DNA from: Armatimonadota bacterium
Lineage (GTDB): Bacteria; Armatimonadota; SYMT01
Length of the DNA: 64,000 bases
Direction: 5' to 3'
Assembly: GCA_041690135.1 (NCBI GenBank)
Contig: JAWLHY010000016.1
Location: forward strand, 125,906-189,905
Numbering within the stretch: the first letter of the stretch is position 1; every line of letters starts with the position of its first letter. Shown here piece by piece: positions 55,221-64,000 of this stretch. The position numbers and the translations under genes were made by a program. A model generated the notes under the pieces. The model was not told the DNA's origin. It ran no database searches and saw nothing but the letters and a program-made list of their open reading frames with translations.

Positions 55221-55946
55221 TTAGCGGGTCAGCACCACCAGGAACTCCCGGTTTCCTTCCGTACCGAGCACGGGCGAGACTTCGACCTCACTCGGCCGGA
55301 AGCCGGCGGCTCGACCGCAATCCAGCACCTTCTCCACCGCGAGAGTGTGCTGCCGGGGATCCTTGACGATTCCCCCCTTCCCGAGCCCCTGGCGCCCCAC
55401 CTCGAATTGCGGCTTGATCAGGGCTACAATGCGGCCGTGTGGAGACAGCAGGCGCGCCACGGCGGGCAGCACCTGCGCCAGCGAAATGAAGGAGACGTCC
55501 ACCGCGGCCAGCGACGGCACTTCCGGCAACTGCTCGAGGTTCCGGATGTCTGTCCCTTCGAGTACCGTAACGCGTGAGTCTCCGCGCAGGTCCGGGTGGA
55601 GTTGGTCCCGTCCCACGTCTACCGCAAAGACGTGGGCGGCGCCCCGGCGGAGCAGACAATCGGTGAATCCACCGGTCGATGCGCCTACGTCGAGGCAGGT
55701 GAGGCCGGCGGGATCGATTTGGAACCGGTCCAGGGCTGCTTCGAGTTTGAGACCACCCCGGCCCACATAGCCGATAGGGTCACCCGTCACTACCAGTTGA
55801 TCGGTGTCGCCGATCCGGTGTGCGGGGCGAGTGACCGGTTTGCCGTTCACTTCCACCAGACCCGCGCGGATCGCTTCCTGCGCCCGCTCGCGCGAAGCCG
55901 TCAGGCCACGCTCCACCAGCGCCACGTCCAACCGTCGCTCCGCCAT
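55221..55946 (-). CDS. tlyA: TlyA family rRNA 2'-O-methyltransferase
   Basis: S4 domain RLDVALVERG; YVGRGGLKL, LDVGASTGGFTD, DVSFIS, LIKPQFE, GNREFL. Confidence 0.95.
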   Translation of the reverse strand: MAERRLDVALVERGLTASRERAQEAIRAGLVEVNGKPVTRPAHRIGDTDQLVVTGDPIGYVGRGGLKLEAALDRFQIDPAGLTCLDVGASTGGFTDCLLRRGAAHVFAVDVGRDQLHPDLRGDSRVTVLEGTDIRNLEQLPEVPSLAAVDVSFISLAQVLPAVARLLSPHGRIVALIKPQFEVGRQGLGKGGIVKDPRQHTLAVEKVLDCGRAAGFRPSEVEVSPVLGTEGNREFLVVLTR

Positions 55947-55950
55947 GGGT

Positions 55951-56970
55951 TCAGCAGGGAAACGGACCGGTTGAGCCTCGCGGTACCAGCGTGGGAGCCA
56001 CCGTGAGACACTGTGCTTCCAATGTCCGGTATTCGGGGTCGAGAATGCAGAGGGCAGCCCGGCTTCCGACCTGGGAGCGACATTGATCCACCGTGGACAG
56101 GGGCGGCGTCAGCAGGTCGCCCCAGGGATCCGCATTGCAGCCCATGATGGAGAGATCGTCCGGAATGCGCAGTCCAAGACCGGTTGCCGCTTGAATCGCC
56201 CGAGCGGCGAGGCGATCCGACGCGCAGAAGAGCGCGGTGGGCCGGTCTGAAGCGGTGAGGATGCGCCGGGCGGCACGCGCGCCATCCCCCTGCGCTTCCA
56301 GATCCGGTATGATCCACTCCGGTCGCATAGCCACTCCCTGGATTGCCAGCGCCGCCTCAAACCCCTCCCGGCGCTGCTGGGAAAACACGCTGTCGGCGTA
56401 ACCGACGAAGCCGATGCTCCGATGGCCCAGCCCCAGTAAGTGCTCACCCGCGAGCCGCCCGGCGGCGACGTCGTCTACCAGCACGGCGGGCAGCACCAGT
56501 CCCTCGATCTCCCGCATCACCAGCACGATCGGAATGCTGCGCGCGACGTTTGAGACGACCTCTGCTTCTGCGCCGGACTGGGTCGGGTAGAGGATAATGC
56601 CATCCACCCCCTTGGACTGGAGTGTTTTCAGGTGGCGGATCGCCCGTTCGGGTTGGTGTTCGTGCACGGAGACGAAGGTGTGACACCCCGCCGTCTCGGC
56701 CGTCTGGTTGAATCCCTGCAAAACTTCCGGCAGGAAGGATGCTGCCACGTTCGAGACGAGGATTCCCAGGGTGAACGTCTTGCCCTGCCGCAGACCCCGC
56801 GCCGCCATATTGGGCCGCCAGCCAAGCCGTTCGATCTCCGCCAGCACCCGTTCGCGCGTCTTCGGGGAGATGTCGGGCTTACCCGCGATGGCCCGGTGCA
56901 CCGTCATCACCGAAACGCCCAGGCTCGCCGCCAGATCCCGGATTGTTTTGACCTCTGCCGTACTGTCCAC
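55951..56970 (-). CDS. LacI family transcriptional regulator
   Basis: TIRDLAASLGVSVMTVHRA HTH; PNMAARGLR; LGHRSI; PPLSTVDQ. Confidence 0.93.
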   Translation of the reverse strand: MDSTAEVKTIRDLAASLGVSVMTVHRAIAGKPDISPKTRERVLAEIERLGWRPNMAARGLRQGKTFTLGILVSNVAASFLPEVLQGFNQTAETAGCHTFVSVHEHQPERAIRHLKTLQSKGVDGIILYPTQSGAEAEVVSNVARSIPIVLVMREIEGLVLPAVLVDDVAAGRLAGEHLLGLGHRSIGFVGYADSVFSQQRREGFEAALAIQGVAMRPEWIIPDLEAQGDGARAARRILTASDRPTALFCASDRLAARAIQAATGLGLRIPDDLSIMGCNADPWGDLLTPPLSTVDQCRSQVGSRAALCILDPEYRTLEAQCLTVAPTLVPRGSTGPFPC

Positions 56971-57248
56971 GCCCCATCCTTAACGATGTCGCATCCTGCC
57001 AGGCTACAGGATACCCCACCTGGCAAACAGATTCCTCCTCGCGTTGTGGGCGGCAGGGTGCCTGGAAGACCTGCAGTTCGAACAAGCTGGCTCCCGACCC
57101 TTGGGTGGCTATGGTCTTGCACGCACTCATCTCAACCAGGACAGGGCAAGCAGAGCCGATGCCCCTCCGAATCGGGTTCGCCAGACGGGTGCCGATCGTA
57201 GGGTCAACTCCCACGCCCCTACTCACCACTCACCACCTCTCCCCTTCA

Positions 57249-58277
57249 CTACTCACCTACCGGTGCCTCCGGATGGATCAACCCCTCGGACTTCAACTCA
57301 GTCCACATGGCCGTCGGAATGGGGTGTCGCATCCATGCCAGGTTCTGCTCCACTTGCGCGGGATGGTTGGCGCCGGGAATGACGGAACCCACGCAGCGAT
57401 GTCCCAGGGGGAACTGGAGGGCGGCGGCGCCCAGGGGCACGCCGTGCCGCTCGCAGACCGCGGCAATGCGCCGCGCCTTTTCCACCACCGGCGCTTCCGC
57501 TTCCTGATAGCGGTATCGAGCTCCCGGACGGGGGCCCGTGGCCAGGATACCGGACGAAAACACCGCGCCGATGACGACTCCGACCCCACGCTCCGCGCAG
57601 AGAGCGAGATCCGGCGCCAGTGCTTCCTGGTTGAGGAGCGTGTACGGCATCGCCACCAGGAAGAAGTCCAGTTCGAAGCGCTCCAGGAAGCGCGGGATCA
57701 TGCCGGCGTAGTTGATCCCCGCACCAATCGCCCGGATCTCACCGCGCTCCTTCAGCTCCCGCAGGGCGGCGTAGCCTCCCCCCTGCTCCAGCTCCGCAAA
57801 ACGCGCGGCGACCCCTTCTTCCGAATCGAAGTGGCCGAAGTCGAGATCGTGGATCAGCAGTGCGTCCACCGTGTTGAACCCCAGCCGCATCAGGCTCTGT
57901 TCGTAGGAGCGCAGCACGCCCTCCCGGGTGTAGTCGTAGCGGAAGTCGAACTGGAGCTCCGCCAGGCGGAGGTGTCGCCGCAGGCTCTCCTCGCTGGTCG
58001 GCCGGAAGTAGACGCGCCCGACCTTCGTGCTGATGATGAACGTGTTACGGGGCTTCGTCCGCAGGACCCGGCCCAGGCGCAGCTCGCTCTTGCCGTTGCC
58101 GTACCAGGGAGCAGTATCGAAGTAGCGGATACCGGCCGCGTAGGCGGCTTCCACCGTCTCCTCAGCCTGCGCCTCCGGGGTTTCCTCGAGACGATCGCCC
58201 AGCGGCGCGCCTCCGAACCCCAGGCGCGACACACCAAACCCATTTCTCCCCACCTTTTGGCGTGCTAACGGATCCAT
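57249..58277 (-). CDS. Aldo/keto reductase, D-threo-aldose (L-fucose) dehydrogenase-like
   Basis: LGFGGAPLG, FDTAPWYGNGKSE, STKVGR, FRYDYT..SL.RLG, IHDLD. Confidence 0.88.
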   Translation of the reverse strand: MDPLARQKVGRNGFGVSRLGFGGAPLGDRLEETPEAQAEETVEAAYAAGIRYFDTAPWYGNGKSELRLGRVLRTKPRNTFIISTKVGRVYFRPTSEESLRRHLRLAELQFDFRYDYTREGVLRSYEQSLMRLGFNTVDALLIHDLDFGHFDSEEGVAARFAELEQGGGYAALRELKERGEIRAIGAGINYAGMIPRFLERFELDFFLVAMPYTLLNQEALAPDLALCAERGVGVVIGAVFSSGILATGPRPGARYRYQEAEAPVVEKARRIAAVCERHGVPLGAAALQFPLGHRCVGSVIPGANHPAQVEQNLAWMRHPIPTAMWTELKSEGLIHPEAPVGE

Positions 58278-58345
58278 AGTTCCCCTCGTGCGCCTGGCTG
58301 ATCAACCAGGCGCAAACAAATACGGAAGCAGCACTCAACCTTGAT

Positions 58346-59689
58346 TCACTTCGAAGCCTTCATCCGAGCGATGACAGACTGCAACTTCCGGCGAGCCGAC
58401 TGCGCCGCGCGACCCCCATCCTCAACTCGTAGGGGTTTCTTCTCATCAGGGTCGGCAGTTACATCGTAGAACCGGCCGTCGTCATAGAGTTTGTAGCGCC
58501 GGTCACGCGCGTACACGTACCGGGTGAACTGGTCCTTATCCCACCCCGGCCGGGGATCGTAGTCGCAGAACGTCCACTCGCGAGGTTGTCCTTTCCGTCC
58601 GCGAAGCTGCGGCAGGAAGCTCCGCCCGTCGAGGCCCGCTGGCCTTTTCCCTCCCGCCGCGTCGAGCAGGGTGGGAAGGAAGTCCGTCGCGTCCACCAGG
58701 TCGTCACACACCCGTCCGGCCGGCGTCGTACCCTTCCAACTGGCGATCAGTGGCACGTGCGTTCCGGCGTCCGTTGTCAGTCCCTTGCCGCCCCGGAACT
58801 CGGCTCCCCGGAACCGGGACACGATTTTCTGGTTCGTGCCGTTATCGCTGTAGAAGAGGATCAGCGTGTTCTCCCGCAGGCCGAGCTCTTCCACCCTCGC
58901 AATCAGGCGGCCAATACTCTTGTCCAGGTACTCCACCATTCCGGTGAAGTGGCGAGGGTCGTCCTCGTGGCGCTTCGCCGGATCGGACCAGGCCGGGGTA
59001 TCCGGCGCGGGCGAGAACGGGTTGTGGGGGAGCGCCATGGAATAGTAGGCGAAGAAGGGCCGGTCGCGATGACGCGCCATGAAGTCGCCCAGAAAGTCCA
59101 CCCACACGTCCTCGCCGTACTTCCCTTTCAGGGTGCGCAGCCGACCGTTCTCGCACACCGTGGGGTCGGCATAACGGGATCCTTTGTCCTCCGTATGCCC
59201 CGTGTGCCAGAGGTTGTACTCGTTGAAGCCGGCGTCTTTCACCTGCATCCCGATCCCACGTCGCGCGGCGGCGCCGGGGTAGTCCAGGGGGTCGTAGCTG
59301 GTGAACTGCCACTTGCCGGCCATGCAGGTTGCATAGCCGTTCTCGCGCATCCGGTGACCGAACGTGCGCTCCTTCGGGTCCATGATGCCAAAGGCCACCC
59401 AGTTGCGAAAACGGTACTTGCCGGTCATCAGCTCCAGCCGGGTGGGCGTGCACAGCGGCTGAGCGTACGCGTGGGTGAAGCGGACCCCTTCCCGAGCCAG
59501 GCGGTCCAGGTTGGGCGTGCGGTAGGAACTCCCGCCGTAACAACCCAACCCCTCCACGCCGAGATCATCGGCCAGGATCAGCAGGACGTTAGGCGGCCGG
59601 TCGCCGCGGGCGCCTTCCGCCATTCGCGACGGAAGAACGCCCCCGGCGAGCAGGACCACCAGGAACCCCAGTGGCTTCCAACAGATCAT
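58346..59689 (-). CDS. Formylglycine-dependent sulfatase, exported
   Basis: Signal peptide; PNVLLILADDLG; CTPTR (CxPxR); GKW; SDNG; GGKG. Confidence 0.92.
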   Translation of the reverse strand: MICWKPLGFLVVLLAGGVLPSRMAEGARGDRPPNVLLILADDLGVEGLGCYGGSSYRTPNLDRLAREGVRFTHAYAQPLCTPTRLELMTGKYRFRNWVAFGIMDPKERTFGHRMRENGYATCMAGKWQFTSYDPLDYPGAAARRGIGMQVKDAGFNEYNLWHTGHTEDKGSRYADPTVCENGRLRTLKGKYGEDVWVDFLGDFMARHRDRPFFAYYSMALPHNPFSPAPDTPAWSDPAKRHEDDPRHFTGMVEYLDKSIGRLIARVEELGLRENTLILFYSDNGTNQKIVSRFRGAEFRGGKGLTTDAGTHVPLIASWKGTTPAGRVCDDLVDATDFLPTLLDAAGGKRPAGLDGRSFLPQLRGRKGQPREWTFCDYDPRPGWDKDQFTRYVYARDRRYKLYDDGRFYDVTADPDEKKPLRVEDGGRAAQSARRKLQSVIARMKASK

Positions 59690-59694
59690 GGAGA

Positions 59695-61224
59695 TCACCA
59701 GGTAGACGTGCGGAACGGCGATGCCGGAAGACCAGCGCCGTTGACCAGGTTTCCCTCCGGATCGGCGGCCCAGGAGTAGCGCACCGCGACCGGCTTTTCT
59801 ACCTCGGGGGAGGAAACGATCACTCGACGGCCAATGACCCGGGCCCTGGCGGGCTTCCACTGCTTGTCGGCGCCGGCGATCTCGAACCCGCGGAGTTCCC
59901 CATCGCGAGCCTTCAACCCTTCCGCGTGGGAGAACCGGACCTCGATGCTGTCGGTGTGGACGCGGTGGTTCTTCGGCAGCGGTCCCGACCACTCCAGCTC
60001 CTCCCCGTAAACGTTAGCGCGGGCCCATAGGGAAAGCCGTAGCCCGATATCCTGCTTGTTCTTGGGGTGAATATCGTTGTGCTCCCCGATGTCCATGTTG
60101 GTGGTCATCCCGGTGTTGGGGAGGGCCAGCGTTTTGAGCATCCCCTCCCGGACCAGGGGCCAACCCGAGGCCTGCGTCGTGTAGTTGGGAAGCTGCACCC
60201 AGGCAAACGGAAAGTCGCCCTGCCCCCATCGCTCGCGCCAGACCTGAATCATCAGTCCCAACTGCAGGCCGTACAGGGCGCCTCGCTCCGCGCTGGAGCC
60301 GTTGTTCTCGCCCTGGTACCAGATCGCACCCCGCATCGCAAAAGGGATCAAGGGAGCGATCATGCCGTTGAACAGGCTCGACGGAGCGTGCGTGTGGTAC
60401 CGGGGGTTCACCGGCCGCTGCGGCTGGCGGGGTGGGGTGCGACCCTCGGCGCGGGCCTTCGCGGCTACCGTCCGCCACCGCGCGATCTGCTGATCGTAGG
60501 CGGCGAACGCGCTCGCCAGGTTGAAGCTGGCGGCGCGCTCCTCCCAGGAGGCCAGCATTTCCTTCAACTCGGGCCGCGCAGCCTGGGCCGGGTAACTGGT
60601 CCACGCCTCGACCGGCGTTCCTCCCACGGAGGAATTGATCAGGCCCACGGGCACTCCCAGCTTCTGGTGCAGGTTACGGCCGAAGAAGTAGGCCGTCGCG
60701 GAGAACGATCCCACGGTCTCCGGTGAACAGACCACCCACTTCCCACCGCAGTCTTCCTGGGGAGTGGTCGCCGTCTTCCGAGCTACGGTGAACATGCGAA
60801 TCTGCGGCAGGTTGGCCGCCGCCTTCTCCTGCTCGAAGTTGTTCGAACGCTCGACCGTCCAGGCCATGTTCGACTGTCCGGAGCCGAGCCACACTTCACC
60901 GGCCAGCACATCGTTGATGGTGAGGGTGTTCTTCCCGCGCACGCTCAGCGTGTGCGGACCGCCCGCCTTGAGATCACCGAGCGAGACCTGCCAGCGACCA
61001 TCCCCACCGGCGTGCGTGGTGCGGGACTGGCCACCGATCGAGACGGTCACCTCTTCGCCCGGATCCGCCCAGCCCCACACGGGCGCCTCAGTGTTCCGTT
61101 GGAGCACCATATGGTCCGAGAAGAGCGCGGGGAGCTTGACCTCCGCCGCAGCAGGGTTCGCCGCCAGGAGCAGCGGAGCGAACGCCAGCACCCCGGGTAT
61201 GAGACGAGAGATAGGACGCGACAT
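59695..61224 (-). CDS. Sialate O-acetylesterase (SASA/SGNH) family protein, exported
   Basis: Signal peptide; FSDHMVLQR, GEVWLGSGQSNM, WYQGE, DIHPKNK, LPASPFRT. Confidence 0.92.
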   Translation of the reverse strand: MSRPISRLIPGVLAFAPLLLAANPAAAEVKLPALFSDHMVLQRNTEAPVWGWADPGEEVTVSIGGQSRTTHAGGDGRWQVSLGDLKAGGPHTLSVRGKNTLTINDVLAGEVWLGSGQSNMAWTVERSNNFEQEKAAANLPQIRMFTVARKTATTPQEDCGGKWVVCSPETVGSFSATAYFFGRNLHQKLGVPVGLINSSVGGTPVEAWTSYPAQAARPELKEMLASWEERAASFNLASAFAAYDQQIARWRTVAAKARAEGRTPPRQPQRPVNPRYHTHAPSSLFNGMIAPLIPFAMRGAIWYQGENNGSSAERGALYGLQLGLMIQVWRERWGQGDFPFAWVQLPNYTTQASGWPLVREGMLKTLALPNTGMTTNMDIGEHNDIHPKNKQDIGLRLSLWARANVYGEELEWSGPLPKNHRVHTDSIEVRFSHAEGLKARDGELRGFEIAGADKQWKPARARVIGRRVIVSSPEVEKPVAVRYSWAADPEGNLVNGAGLPASPFRTSTW

Positions 61225-61301
61225 CAGGAGCACCTTTCGGGATCGAAATTGGTTTCCTTCAACTTCGGACGCGGAAGCGCCTCTGACCTCCTCCGCTACG
61301 T

Positions 61302-61754
61302 CTAGCGTCCCGTTAACACCACGTATCTTCCCGAAAACTCCACGGCTCGCTGACCGTCTTCCTCGATCGTTACATGGAGTTCCAGACGCGCTCGGCCCCG
61401 TCGGCGCAGGATTCGCACGAATGGCTCCAATGCCGTTTCGGGGGGCAGGCTGCACTGTGCCTCGAAGTCACGGGTTACCGGTCGGAGGTAGTGGATCGTG
61501 CTGTCCTGGATCACGATCTTTCCGGGTAACGCGTGTTCCCGAAGCACGAGCCAGAGCAGGCTCCATCCTGCCAGGGTAACCACCGCGTTCAGGCTTCCGG
61601 CAAAGGCCGTGTCCTTGTGGTTGATGTTCGGGGCCAGCGGTGCCGCCAGTGTGAGGCACCCTGCCTCGAAGCGGGCCACGCGGAGCCCCAGGTGGACGGT
61701 TAGCGGGATCTCGTCGTTCAGCGTTTCCTGGAGTTCGGATAAGTAATGGGTCAT
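61302..61754 (-). CDS. YiiD C-terminal-type hot-dog thioesterase
   Basis: IPLT..LG, APLAPNINHKDTAFAGSL, LAGW, YLRPV. Confidence 0.88.
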   Translation of the reverse strand: MTHYLSELQETLNDEIPLTVHLGLRVARFEAGCLTLAAPLAPNINHKDTAFAGSLNAVVTLAGWSLLWLVLREHALPGKIVIQDSTIHYLRPVTRDFEAQCSLPPETALEPFVRILRRRGRARLELHVTIEEDGQRAVEFSGRYVVLTGR

Positions 61755-61889
61755 GGCACTCAGTATAGTGCCGCCGGAGCCATCGTTAGCCTCCGCTGGG
61801 AGCGGGTAATACAGGTCGCGCGTGCCAGGAGGGGATCCGGAAAGTACTCGCGTCCGCGGATGGCGGGAATCTCAGGTTAGGAGTGGGGG

Positions 61890-62723
61890 ATGGGCGCCGA
61901 CTGGCTCCAGTGGGCTCGGAGTCTGGATCCGGTAGTGCAGGCACTGCTGGCGGGCGGCTTTACATGGCTGGTAACGGCCATTGGCGCGGCGTTGGTCGTT
62001 CTGCGGCGCGAGATGCCCCAGGCATGGCTGGATGCCATGCTGGGCTTCGCGGCGGGGGTCATGTTGGCGGCCAGCTTCTGGTCCCTTCTCTCCCCCGCCA
62101 TCGAGATGGCGGAAGCACAAAACGTTCCGGGATGGCTTCCCGCGAGTATCGGCTTTGTGGCGGGAGCCGTCTTCCTGGGCATTGCCGACCGCTTGCTTCC
62201 GCACCTCCATCCCTTTCTCCCCATCGAACGGGCGGAGGGACTCCCCAGTTCGTGGCAGCGCGCAACCCTACTGATCCTGGCGATCACGCTGCACAACATT
62301 CCGGAGGGCCTGGCCGTCGGGGTAGCATTCGGGGCCGCCGGGCTGGCAGCAGAGGGCAACGCCGGACCGTTGTTCACATCCGCGGTCGTCCTCGCCGCCG
62401 GCATTGGGCTGCAAAACTTCCCAGAGGGAATGGCTGTGGCCATGCCCCTGCGGCGCGAAGGAGTTTCGCCGTGGAGGTGCTTCCTGGCAGGTACCGCCTC
62501 CGCAGCCGTTGAGCCGGTGGCCGCGGTCATTGGGGCGGCTGCCGTATTGACCGTCCGCGGCCTCCTTCCCTACGCCCTGGCCTTCGCGGCCGGAGCCATG
62601 GTCTATGTGGTCGTGGAAGAGCTCATTCCCGAGGCGCAGCAGAGTGGACGGACGGACCTGGCCACCGGCTCCACGGTGTTCGGGTTCACGGTGATGATGA
62701 TCCTGGATGTGGCACTTGGCTGA
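61890..62723 (+). CDS. ZIP family metal transporter (GufA/ZupT-like)
   Basis: GFAAGVMLAAS, LHNIPEGLAVG, QNFPEG, AFAAGAM..ELIPE. Confidence 0.93.
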   Translation: MGADWLQWARSLDPVVQALLAGGFTWLVTAIGAALVVLRREMPQAWLDAMLGFAAGVMLAASFWSLLSPAIEMAEAQNVPGWLPASIGFVAGAVFLGIADRLLPHLHPFLPIERAEGLPSSWQRATLLILAITLHNIPEGLAVGVAFGAAGLAAEGNAGPLFTSAVVLAAGIGLQNFPEGMAVAMPLRREGVSPWRCFLAGTASAAVEPVAAVIGAAAVLTVRGLLPYALAFAAGAMVYVVVEELIPEAQQSGRTDLATGSTVFGFTVMMILDVALG

Positions 62724-62765
62724 CCGGCGGGTAGAATCCGCTGATTCTACGATCCGCTATCTAAC

Positions 62766-63635
62766 ATGTCGCGACATCCTTCTTTCATCTGGAACCTGCT
62801 GCGTTCGGAGGCGGCGCAGCGATTGACCGGCGCGGACTCCGCCCACACCTGGGACGCCATGAAGTCCGCCTACGACCACACGCGATCCGGCAGCTTCCGG
62901 GTCGAAGAGGACCAGCAAAGCGATCCCGACTACCGCCTCTCCCGCCTCTGCTTCCGCAAGCGCGATGGACACTCTATAGCGGGGCTGTTACTCCGCCCCG
63001 CGTCACCCGACCCCTGCCCCTGTGTCGTCCTCCTCCATGCGCTCTCAAGTGATAAGGAGACGATGATCCGTCATTTCGGTCGGGCTCTCGCTGCCCGCGG
63101 GGTGGCGTCGCTGGCGCTGGATGCGCACCTGCACGGCGAGCGGCGCGCGGACAGTTCCGAGCGCCTCCATCCGCTGCAGTACCTGGACCTTGCCCGCGAG
63201 ACCATCATCGAATACCGCCTGGCGCTGGACCAACTGGCCTGCCGGTCGGATCTGATCCCCGGCCGTTTCGGGCTGCTGGGCTACAGTCTCGGCGCCATGA
63301 TGGGCACCATCCTGGCCGCCGTTGACACCCGGATTGCAGCGGCCGCCCTGCTGGTAGGGGGCGATGTCGTGCGGAATTACCAGGACCACCTGCCGTCCGC
63401 CGTTCATGGGCTTTTGCGCAACGTGACGCCATCCAACTTCGCGCCCCACATCAGCCCGCGTCCGGTGCTGTTCATCAACGGGCGCCGGGATACCACTGTC
63501 TCCCATCAGGCGGCGGAGATGCTGCACGAAGCGGCCCAAGAGCCGAAGGAGATCGTCTGGGCCGATGCCGGTCACCTGCTCCCACCGGAAATCGCCGAGC
63601 GCGGCGTGCAGTGGCTGGTAGACCATCTTCGCTGA
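62766..63635 (+). CDS. Alpha/beta hydrolase
   Basis: GYSLG nucleophile elbow; NGRRD and AGH catalytic Asp/His. Confidence 0.85.
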   Translation: MSRHPSFIWNLLRSEAAQRLTGADSAHTWDAMKSAYDHTRSGSFRVEEDQQSDPDYRLSRLCFRKRDGHSIAGLLLRPASPDPCPCVVLLHALSSDKETMIRHFGRALAARGVASLALDAHLHGERRADSSERLHPLQYLDLARETIIEYRLALDQLACRSDLIPGRFGLLGYSLGAMMGTILAAVDTRIAAAALLVGGDVVRNYQDHLPSAVHGLLRNVTPSNFAPHISPRPVLFINGRRDTTVSHQAAEMLHEAAQEPKEIVWADAGHLLPPEIAERGVQWLVDHLR

Positions 63636-63667
63636 TGGGTTGTGGAGGGATTGCAGGCAGAAAACAA

Positions 63668-63700
63668 CGAGCCCCGGTCTCCAGGGGAGACCGGGGCTCG
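63668..63700 (-). terminator. Terminator of the rRNA operon (likely bidirectional)
   Basis: CGAGCCCCGGTCTCC-AGG-GGAGACCGGGGCTCG perfect 15-bp stem followed by TTGTTTT on the minus strand. Confidence 0.85.
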
Positions 63701-63708
63701 GAAAGTAT

Positions 63709-63824
63709 TCTGGCGACGACCTACTCTTCCACCTCTGAGAAGAGGCAGTACCCTCGGCGCAGCGGGCCTTAACTGCCGTGTTCGGGATGGGAACGGGTGT
63801 TACCCCCGCGCTATTGCCACCAGA
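63709..63824 (-). rRNA. rrf: 5S ribosomal RNA
   Basis: Minus strand TCTGGTGGC...CACCCGTTCCCATCCCGAACACGG..GTTAAG...GAGTAGGTCGTCGCCAGA. Confidence 0.97.
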
Positions 63825-63947
63825 AAGGGGTCGGGTTGTCAGCTCCGGCCGGGGCCGGGCGCACACACCCTGAAGACTGTAGAGCGGGAAGGGGGGAGTA
63901 GAGACGATCTTCACGTCACCGGTATAGCGGCAATGTAAATGAGGGAT

Positions 63948-64000
63948 GATCAAGCCCTCGGCCGATTAGTACGGGTGCCCTCAAGCCATTGCTGACCTTA
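63948..64000 (-). rRNA. rrl: 23S ribosomal RNA, 3' end (partial)
   Basis: Minus strand ...GTACTAATCGGCCGAGGGCTTGATC, a typical 23S terminus, about 120 nt before the 5S gene. Confidence 0.9.

Noticed and set aside
57219-57258. Short CTCACCA/CTCACCT-like repeats at the end of the AKR gene
   Set aside because: Only two or three degenerate units; too short to support a function
63045-63953. ORFs overlapping the 5S/23S region
   Set aside because: They overlap rRNA genes and the opposite-strand hydrolase; spurious

Overview
GC-rich bacterial chromosomal window with about 48 supportable CDSs, ending in the 3' part of an rRNA operon (23S tail plus 5S, minus strand). The prepilin/DUF1559 protein style, together with DUF1501, DUF1549/DUF1553, PPC and CRTAC1 genes, suggests Armatimonadota (inference). 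Housekeeping genes include gdhA, ruvAB, rnd, rsgA, lgt, lspA, deaD, a Pat-type acetyltransferase and tlyA. I found no CRISPR array, prophage or transposase. Two loci stand out. (1) 6389-11550: an apparent operon of glutamate dehydrogenase, a stand-alone cNMP-binding protein, a 3x cNMP + 4x[4Fe-4S] + Ig-like protein, and a membrane protein with two H-x13-H pairs (ferric-reductase/NOX-like di-heme signature). This is a candidate cyclic-nucleotide-gated transmembrane redox system. Its last two ORFs are in frame and separated by a single amber codon. (2) 42958-55079: a co-oriented cluster of LacI, TPR, CRTAC1, DUF1559 pilin-like, PPC, DUF1549/1553, DUF1501, a repeat-bearing membrane protein and a rhamnose-type mutarotase. 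Three copies of a LacI-type palindrome lie in its intergenic gaps, suggesting sugar control of these unknown-function families. All assignments come from reading motifs by eye; no searches were run.
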